Shown here piece after piece: positions 10,705-17,212 of a stretch of 32,000 nucleotides of DNA. The notes under the pieces are model-generated. The model was given only the letters and a program-made list of their open reading frames with translations. It was not told the DNA's origin and ran no database searches. Position 1 is the first letter of the stretch. The number at the start of each line of letters is the position of its first letter. Source of the stretch: Zymomonas mobilis subsp. mobilis ATCC 10988 (GTDB lineage: Bacteria; Pseudomonadota; Alphaproteobacteria; Sphingomonadales; Sphingomonadaceae). A program made the position numbers and the translations under genes. The stretch lies in assembly GCF_000175255.2 (NCBI RefSeq), contig NC_017262.1, positions 720,001 through 752,000 on the forward strand, written 5' to 3'.

Positions 10705-11919
10705 ATGGCTGATATAATCAATGCTTGCGAAGAGAAAATTTTAAAAATAGCTGCTGATTTTCCTATGCTGGATTATCTCACAGAATGGGCAAATATTAAC
10801 AGCGGCTCTTATAACCAAGCGGGACTAGCCGTTATGGCAGAAAAGCTGAAACAGGCTTTTTCAATCCTTCCAGCTAAAATAGAGGAAGTAACACATCCCT
10901 CCCAGGCCATTATTTCTGCGGAAGGCGTCCCGCTTTCTCCTACAACAGCAACACATCTACATTTAACGATTCGTCCAGATGCGCCCTTACAACTCCTTTT
11001 TACAGGTCATTTCGATACTGTTTTTGGCAAAGATCACCCTTTCAACAAAGTAACTCGCTTGGATGAAGAAACAATTGGTGGTCCTGGCGTCGCCGATATG
11101 AAGGGCGGCTTGACTGTAATGCTGGCGGCACTCCAAGCCTTTGAAAATCATCCCAACAAAGACAAATTAGGCTATGAAATCGTTTTAAATAGCGATGAAG
11201 AAATAGGCTCTTCTTCCTCTGCTCCGCTACTGGCTCAATCTGCTAAAGGAAAAATCGCTGCTTTCACCTATGAACCGTCCACCCTACCAGATGGGACTTT
11301 TGCCAGTGCCCGACCAGGAAGTGGCAATTTTTCTATTGTTATAACTGGTCTGGCTGCCCATGCTGGACGGAATATAGATCAAGGGCGCAATGCGATCGTG
11401 GCGGCCGCCGATATGGCACTTCGCCTCAAATCAGCTAGTCAAAAAGGATTAACGGTTAATCCTGCCAAGATTGATGGCGGCGGGCCCAATAACATTGTTC
11501 CTGACAATGCGGTGTTACGGATTAATATCCGCCCTTCGACGCCTGAAAAAATGCAATTAGCTGAAAATCTTCTGAAAAAAACAATTGCAGATATTGCTCA
11601 AGACCATAGTGTAACAGTCAAAATTTATGGTCATTTCGGTCGTCCACCCAAAGCGATTAGCCAAAAAGGCAAAAATCTGATGGCGCTGGTTGAATCCAGC
11701 TGTCAAGATCTCGGATTAACCGCTCGCTGGCAAGAAACGGGGGGAGTCTGCGATGGCAATAATATTTCGGCAATGGATGTGCCCGTCATTGACACAATGG
11801 GGGTTCGGGGAGGCAATATCCATTCCCAAAAGGAGTTCATGATTATCAAAAGTCTTGAAGAACGGGCGCAGCTTTCTGCTCTCATTCTGACAGGACTTTT
11901 AAATATCGGGGGAATATGA
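10705..11919 (+). CDS. M20 family metallopeptidase (CPG2-like carboxypeptidase/deacylase)
   Basis: M20 motifs are present: FTGHFDTV, GPGVADMKGG, and SDEEIGS with the catalytic and metal-binding residues. The ATG at 10705 has an AAGGA Shine-Dalgarno; the ORF track starts 9 nt earlier at a TTG. The stop overlaps the start of the next ORF (ATGA). Confidence 0.8.
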   Translation: MADIINACEEKILKIAADFPMLDYLTEWANINSGSYNQAGLAVMAEKLKQAFSILPAKIEEVTHPSQAIISAEGVPLSPTTATHLHLTIRPDAPLQLLFTGHFDTVFGKDHPFNKVTRLDEETIGGPGVADMKGGLTVMLAALQAFENHPNKDKLGYEIVLNSDEEIGSSSSAPLLAQSAKGKIAAFTYEPSTLPDGTFASARPGSGNFSIVITGLAAHAGRNIDQGRNAIVAAADMALRLKSASQKGLTVNPAKIDGGGPNNIVPDNAVLRINIRPSTPEKMQLAENLLKKTIADIAQDHSVTVKIYGHFGRPPKAISQKGKNLMALVESSCQDLGLTARWQETGGVCDGNNISAMDVPVIDTMGVRGGNIHSQKEFMIIKSLEERAQLSALILTGLLNIGGI

Positions 11920-12299
11920 GTTACAAAATTCGTCCAGCACGTGCCGGTGATGAACAATCGCTTTATGCCTTGGCACAATTAACAGGAGGTGGTTTTACGA
12001 ATTTACCTCCTGATCTCAAGGCTTTAGAGGCAAAGATTGTTAGAAGTAACGAGGCTTTTTCTGAAACAGAAGATGCTGTCCGCGATCATGTCTATGTCTT
12101 GGTGCTCGAACATAGCGACAGTGGTCAAATCGTCGGAACAGCCCAGATTTTTGCCAAAGTTGGGGTCAAGCAACCTTTTTACAGCTATCGTCTCAGCCAG
12201 CTCACCAAGACCTCTCCAGAATTAGACCAACGCATCACAACACAGATGCTGACGCTAACAACTGATCTAGGCTCAGGACCTGTTAATTTCTTGAGTTGA
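11916..12299 (+). pseudogene. astA: arginine N-succinyltransferase (AstA-like) N-terminal fragment, truncated at the IS border
   Basis: The first ~117 aa align by eye with the E. coli AstA N-terminus (IRP...D...L..LA..TGGG.T.LP ; YV.VLE.S.SG...G...I...VG...P.Y.YR). A full AstA is ~340 aa. The last 10 codons (from 12270, GSGPVNFLS plus stop) are encoded by the IS left end. Confidence 0.75.
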
Positions 12300-13116
12300 G
12301 CGGGCTGTTGTGATTCACAGGTTTACCGATGGAGGTGAAGCTGTGAGTGACGTGTTTTTGCTGTCTGAGCACCAGATGGAACGGATTAAGCCGTTTTTTC
12401 CACTGGCGCATGGTGTGCCGCGTGTCGATGACCGTCGTGTCCTGAGCGGGATCGTTTACGTGATCCGCAACGGCCTTCAGTGGAAAGACGCCCCGAAAGC
12501 GTATGGCCCGCACAAGACTTTATACAACCGGTTTATCCGGTGGAGCCGCCTGGGTGTCTTTGACCGGATCTTCGTCGCCCTGACGGAGCAGGCAGGCCGT
12601 TCGAAGCGTCTGATGATCGATGCAACACATCTGAAAGCACACCGGACAGCGGCCTCCCTGCTCAAAAAGGGGCTTTTCCCCGCCATATCGGACGCACGAA
12701 AGGCGGACTGAACTCAAAGCTTCACGCTGTATGCGATAGTCAGGGCCGCCCTGTCCGGCTGCATCTGACCGCAGGTCAGGTCAGTGACTTCAAAGGCGCG
12801 GATGTTCTGCTGGCAAATCTGCCGGAAGAAACACAAGAAATTCTCGGGGACCGGGGATACGACAGTAATAAAATCAGACAGTCTCTCGCAGACCGGAATA
12901 TCACCGCCTGTATTCCGCCGAAGAAGAACCGGAAATCAAAGCCGCCTTACGACTGGCATCTGTATAAAAAGCGTCACCTCATCGAAAATATGTTCGCAAA
13001 GCTCAAAGACTGGCGGCGTGTCGCAACACGATACGACCGGTGCGCTCACACATTCATGTCAGCAATCCATATCGCAGCAAGTTTCATCTTCTATCTCAAA
13101 GAATGAGTCCTGAGCC
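12270..13116 (+). mobile_element. IS5-family insertion sequence (IS427-like group), ~846 bp
   Basis: Terminal inverted repeats are GGCTCAGGAC...TTCTTGAG (left) and CTCAAAGAA...GTCCTGAGCC (right); the first 10 bp are perfect. CTAG flanks both ends (12267-12270 and 13116-13119), so the ends are ambiguous by +/-1 nt because CTAG is palindromic. It carries two overlapping transposase frames. It is visibly GC-richer than its flanks. Confidence 0.85.
12343..13106 (+). CDS. IS5-family DDE transposase, orfA-orfB joined by a putative -1 frameshift
   Basis: orfA starts at GTG 12343 with a GGAGG Shine-Dalgarno and reads VSDVFLLSEHQMERIKPFFPLAHGVPRVDDRRVLSGIVYVIRNGLQWKDAP.... The -1 frame, from the A5G run at 12664-12669, reads GAFPRHIGRTKGGLNSKLHAVCD...GDRGYDS...IENMFAKLKDWRRVATRYDR, which contains the DDE residues, and ends at TGA 13104-13106 inside the right IR. 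The total of 764 nt corresponds to 255 codons only with a -1 shift. Confidence 0.8.
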
Positions 13117-13172
13117 TAGCGGAATCTATTGGTTCCGCACGCTGGTGGCGCGGCGCTTTTTCTCTAACGGGT

Positions 13173-14498
13173 TTGATTACCGCTGCATTATTGACCCATC
13201 CGGCAAGCCATATCACTTTTCTCCCGCCAGAAAGTGAAGCGGTTGCCCCCATCATCAAATCCAACCCACAAAAAACACCTTTATCGACGGCGATTGTCGG
13301 GATGGATCATTTCTTTCCGGCACCGTCTCAAACCGGCATTATGCCGACCCAAAGCGAGGTCATGCTTTCACCGACAGCGCCCATCCGTTATCTTAAAAAA
13401 GAAAATGGGATAGCGCTTAGTCGGATATTCGAGAAAGCCGGACTTTCAACCCAAGAAGCGCAAGAAATTGATAAATTGATCTCAAGCAACATCCCCGACA
13501 ACAACATCGGGGAAGATACCGCTTTTCATTTTATTACCCTGCCGCCCGCCAGCCCGTTACAAGCGCATCGTCTTAGTCATCTGAATTTTCAGGCTTCTTT
13601 TGACAGTATGGTCAATATTGATCGCGAAAAAGACGGGTTCAAACTAACAAAATACCCGATCCCTTTTACGACCCGCCCTATAAAATTCAGTTTTTCGGTT
13701 GAAAAAAACATACGGGAAGATAGCCGAATAGCGGGAATCCCGACATCACTGGCTTCTAAAATAGAAGAATTACTCAAAAAACAGCTTACGAATCCTCGCC
13801 TGTTTATCCGTCACCAAACACGGCTGGATATCGTCTTGAACCAGCGGGAAAATAGCTTGGGTGAGAAAGAAATTGGCGACCCACTTTATATTGCTTTGAC
13901 GCAAAGCCATACGTCCGACACAAAAAAACCGATAGCACAACTCCGACTTTTCAAATGGGAAAAAGACGGACAAAGCTACTGGCTGGACGATAAAGGACAG
14001 GCACCGCTTGTCAGCGTCAATAATTTCATTCTTCCGGTCGCGGGGCGGATAACCTCCCCCTTCGGATATCGCTTTCACCCTATTTTAGGCTTTGGCCGTC
14101 TCCATAAAGGCATTGATATCAGCAGCAGCTATGGAACGCCTATCAAAGCGGCTTCAACCGGTCGGGTTATTTTTGCGGGTCGCAAATCAGGCTATGGTAA
14201 TTTTGCGCTTATCGATCATGGACAGGGCATTGAAACCGCCTATGCGCATATGAGCTGCCTTCATGTTCATCAAGGACAGAGTGTCTCACAAGGCCAAGTA
14301 ATCGGACAAATCGGGACAAGTGGCCTTTCAACAGGCCCCCATCTCCATTACGAACTGCATTACAATTCTGTGCCGGTCAATCCTGATCATTTTGTCCAAA
14401 CGGCACATTATCAGTTAACAGGACAAGACCTAACCGCCTTTAAGAAAAGAACCGCAGAAATGCTTGCCTTAGCTGATTCCACTTCCAAGCAAAGCTAA
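13173..14498 (+). CDS. M23 family (LytM-type) peptidoglycan metalloendopeptidase, 5' end displaced by the IS
   Basis: The C-terminal M23 catalytic motifs HKGIDIS and GPHLHYELH are present. The frame is open from 13107, inside the IS right end. It encodes IGSARWWRGAFSLTGLITAALL (a membrane-anchor-like segment) before the first canonical start codon, TTG at 13173. Confidence 0.8.
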   Translation: MITAALLTHPASHITFLPPESEAVAPIIKSNPQKTPLSTAIVGMDHFFPAPSQTGIMPTQSEVMLSPTAPIRYLKKENGIALSRIFEKAGLSTQEAQEIDKLISSNIPDNNIGEDTAFHFITLPPASPLQAHRLSHLNFQASFDSMVNIDREKDGFKLTKYPIPFTTRPIKFSFSVEKNIREDSRIAGIPTSLASKIEELLKKQLTNPRLFIRHQTRLDIVLNQRENSLGEKEIGDPLYIALTQSHTSDTKKPIAQLRLFKWEKDGQSYWLDDKGQAPLVSVNNFILPVAGRITSPFGYRFHPILGFGRLHKGIDISSSYGTPIKAASTGRVIFAGRKSGYGNFALIDHGQGIETAYAHMSCLHVHQGQSVSQGQVIGQIGTSGLSTGPHLHYELHYNSVPVNPDHFVQTAHYQLTGQDLTAFKKRTAEMLALADSTSKQS

Positions 14499-14577
14499 AG
14501 GAAAAGCGCTACCGCCCAGCATCACCTGCTAGAGTCCCCCGCCCTTCATCGCGATAAAGTCTTAGTGGAAAGCTATC

Positions 14578-15159
14578 CTAAAAACCTATCCATTCTTTTT
14601 CGGTCGCAACCGCATGAAGGGGCATATCCCAAGCTTCAACCGGAATAGCCTCTGCCTCTTGAATACTCCAAGCTACGCCGATCCGAATGGCATCGGGATA
14701 GGCCTTGAAACTGCGGTCATAATAGCCCCCGCCTCGCCCCAAACGGCGCAAAGAGCGATCAAAACCGACTAGGGGCGTTAAAATAATATCCGGCACTATT
14801 TTTTCAGATTCTGCAACCGGCTGCAAAATACCGCCATTTTTCTCTTCCAAAGGGTCACCCGGCCACCAGCGATGAAAATCAAGAGGCGCGTCTTTTTCAA
14901 CAATTCTCGGCAATAAAGGCGTGATACCGGCATCAATCGCCTGCAAGAAAATAGGCAAAGGGTCGACTTCACCATCATTGGGCAAATAAGCCGAAATAGA
15001 ACGTGCTTTTCCGAAATGACTGCGGATGTGTTCAGCCAACATCAGCGTAAAAATCAAGCCATCAGCTTTCCAAGAAGGATGATCAGCCAAAGCCTTCCGA
15101 CGCTGACGAAATAATTTCCGCAGGGATTTTTTATCAGCCAATGACGCTGTTGGCTGCAT
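14578..15159 (-). CDS. ygfA: 5-formyltetrahydrofolate cyclo-ligase
   Basis: It has the family pattern (KKSLRKLFRQRRKAL near the N-terminus; GRGGGYYDR near the C-terminus). Starting at the ATG at 15159 gives 193 aa, the typical family length. The ORF-track start at 15240 adds 27 low-complexity residues with no Shine-Dalgarno. Confidence 0.8.
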   Translation of the reverse strand: MQPTASLADKKSLRKLFRQRRKALADHPSWKADGLIFTLMLAEHIRSHFGKARSISAYLPNDGEVDPLPIFLQAIDAGITPLLPRIVEKDAPLDFHRWWPGDPLEEKNGGILQPVAESEKIVPDIILTPLVGFDRSLRRLGRGGGYYDRSFKAYPDAIRIGVAWSIQEAEAIPVEAWDMPLHAVATEKEWIGF

Positions 15160-15164
15160 ATTAT

Positions 15165-15330
15165 CCGATGTATCCCCTTCTTTCAGAAGATCAGAAACAG
15201 AGAAAAGGGAAGACGACGCAACGGACACAGGCTTCTCCATCCAAGCACAGAAAAATATTCATTATCTTCTTAATTTTGTTGTTATTCTGCTTTTTTCAAC
15301 CCGTTTTTTCGAAAGAAGGCATAACTATCC
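15165..15330 (-). ncRNA. ssrS: candidate 6S RNA (ssrS), low confidence
   Basis: ssrS lies immediately upstream of the cyclo-ligase gene in many proteobacteria. A 9-bp long-range helix CCUUCUUUC/GAAAGAAGG (plus-strand 15311-15319 with 15176-15184), plus a UAU/AUA extension, could close a ~150-nt RNA. The internal GAGAAGCCU...UGCGUCGUC resembles E. coli 6S GAGAAGCCU...UGCGACGAC, recalled from memory. The 5' half is very A-rich and I could not build a convincing central bubble by hand. Confidence 0.3.
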
Positions 15331-15452
15331 CAAAGTTAAAATAAAAACGCGCGTTGTTCTTTCTGCTACGCCTCTCGAAAGCGGATATATCAAGACATCA
15401 AATTTCACCGATCAAACTTGACAGTGAAAAGGCAGCAAGTCATCCCCAACAA

Positions 15453-16907
15453 ATGCTATTGCCGAAACAAGCCACTGCGCGCCTTCGCCTTTCCTTTTCC
15501 CGTCATAAAGTGATTGGAGCTATTGCGCTTCCCGCCATTGTCACCAATATCGCAACCGCTTTGTTTGGTCTGGCGGATATCTGGGCGATAGGCCGCTTGG
15601 GCGATCCTCAAGCGCAAGGCGGTGTCGAAATCGGGGCAAAATTATTAACCACCCTCTGTGTGCTTTTTAATTTTTTACGATCAGGAACAACCGCTTTGAC
15701 GGCTCAAGCCGCCGGAAGACAGAATACAACCCAAGCCAGCCACAGCGCCGCTTTGTCAGAAGCACAATGGCAAGAAGCAGGGTTACGCCACCCCGCGAAT
15801 ATAGAAGCCAGCCATGAAACCGAACAAACGCTTATTCGAGCCGTTTCCCTTGCCTTAGGACTCGGACTTTTATTGCTACTTTTCAAAACTTTTATCATTC
15901 CCTTCGGGCTATCTTTAATGAATGCCTCTGGCGGGATTAGAGAGCAGGCCGCTTCCTATGTTTGTCTCCGTTACTGGATTGTGCCCCTCATCCTTGCCAA
16001 TATGGCTTTAAGTGCATGGCTGATCGGGATGCGGTCAATGCGTCTGGTTCTGGCTATCGAGGTTGCCAGTAATTTTTTTCATATTTCAATGGATTGCCTC
16101 TTTGTCTTGTTGCTAAAGCAAGGGGTAAATGGGGTCGCCCATGCCTCGATTATCTCTGAAATCTTTTCAACTCTGTTGCTACTGGCGGCTGTCACCCGTT
16201 ACGCTTCGCCTCAGCTATTATGTCGGCTGGGTTTTCATCGCCTGACTTGGCAAAAAGAAACCATCTACAGCTTGTTCAGCCTCAATCGCGATCTGTTCAT
16301 ACGCACTTTACTGTTAATGACGGCTATTATTTTCTTTACTCGGATGAGTGTCCAGCAAGGCGCTATCTTGCTTGCGGCCAATGCCATTATCAATCAACTT
16401 TTTTCGCTCGCAACGCTGATTTTGGATGGCTACGAAAGTTCGGCACAAATATTATGTGGTGAGGCCGCTGGCGCAAAAGATCACACGCGTTTCTCTCAAT
16501 TAATGCGCGCTACTTTATTTCAGGCGTTTCTAGTCGCCACTTTATTAGCACTTATCTACGGATTTTCGGGTTCATTACTGGTCAAATCTTTCACGACAGA
16601 TTCAATCGTTGCCCAAGCCGCCGGAAATTTATCTATTTGGTTGGTTGTTCTGCCCCTTGTTGGAGTCAGCTCCTATGTAATGGATGGCGTTTTTGTTGGT
16701 GCTGGATGGAGCAAAGCTATGATGGGTAGTATGGCTATTGCGCTTTTGCTCTTCATGATTAGCCTGTTTTTTTTCAAAGCTTGGGGAAATAATGGCTTAT
16801 GGTTATCCTTTAGCCTCTTTCTCTTTTATCGCAGTAGTGCTCAACTTATTCTTTTACCATTCATGGAAAAAAGACAATTTTACGCTAATAAAGATTTAAA
16901 ACATTAA
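15453..16907 (+). CDS. MATE family efflux transporter (DinF-like)
   Basis: It is polytopic with about 12 hydrophobic segments and has a MATE-like N-terminus (IGAIALPAIVTNIATALFGLADIWAIGRLG). I prefer the ATG at 15453 (484 aa). The 33 extra residues from the ORF-track TTG start at 15354 look non-coding. Confidence 0.85.
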   Translation: MLLPKQATARLRLSFSRHKVIGAIALPAIVTNIATALFGLADIWAIGRLGDPQAQGGVEIGAKLLTTLCVLFNFLRSGTTALTAQAAGRQNTTQASHSAALSEAQWQEAGLRHPANIEASHETEQTLIRAVSLALGLGLLLLLFKTFIIPFGLSLMNASGGIREQAASYVCLRYWIVPLILANMALSAWLIGMRSMRLVLAIEVASNFFHISMDCLFVLLLKQGVNGVAHASIISEIFSTLLLLAAVTRYASPQLLCRLGFHRLTWQKETIYSLFSLNRDLFIRTLLLMTAIIFFTRMSVQQGAILLAANAIINQLFSLATLILDGYESSAQILCGEAAGAKDHTRFSQLMRATLFQAFLVATLLALIYGFSGSLLVKSFTTDSIVAQAAGNLSIWLVVLPLVGVSSYVMDGVFVGAGWSKAMMGSMAIALLLFMISLFFFKAWGNNGLWLSFSLFLFYRSSAQLILLPFMEKRQFYANKDLKH

Positions 16908-17212
16908 AATAAATTTTTATATTTAAATATATTTTCAATCTATACTTAAAATTTCAACAATAAAAATATAAAAATTATTACTTTTTTAAAAATTTTGGTT
17001 TTTATGAATAAATATAAAATAAATTTTTACATAAAAACCTTAATTTATTTGAAGAAACAGATGAAAACATCCCCATGTAATTAAAATTATCTTATATATT
17101 TCACCATTATAGAGCAAAAATAAATTCGAATATCTTAAAAAAACTTTTAAAAATTCTAAAATTCCTCCCGTTACTATAAAATTATAGTTAAATTATAAAA
17201 TTTGGGGGGAGT

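Noticed and set aside
13117-13237. A weak AstA-like resemblance in a second frame just downstream of the IS (SGIYWFRTLVARRFFSNGFDYRCIIDPSGKPYHFSPARK versus AstA ...RFMFMAAFRDKF...VIDEHGYSPFW).
   Set aside because: The frame stops after 39 codons, and the match needs gaps and skips ~22 expected AstA residues. The overlapping frame is clearly the real one, since it continues for 460 codons into an M23 domain and encodes a TM anchor.
15354-15452. The ORF-track N-terminal extension of the MATE gene. The same issue applies to the extensions of rplU (20831-20896), the cyclo-ligase (15160-15240), trpG (29674-29718), the HAD gene (10388-10420) and the M20 gene (10696-10704).
   Set aside because: The extensions start at alternative or upstream codons. 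They add residues that do not match the conserved family N-termini, and they usually lack a Shine-Dalgarno. An internal ATG gives the canonical N-terminus in each case.
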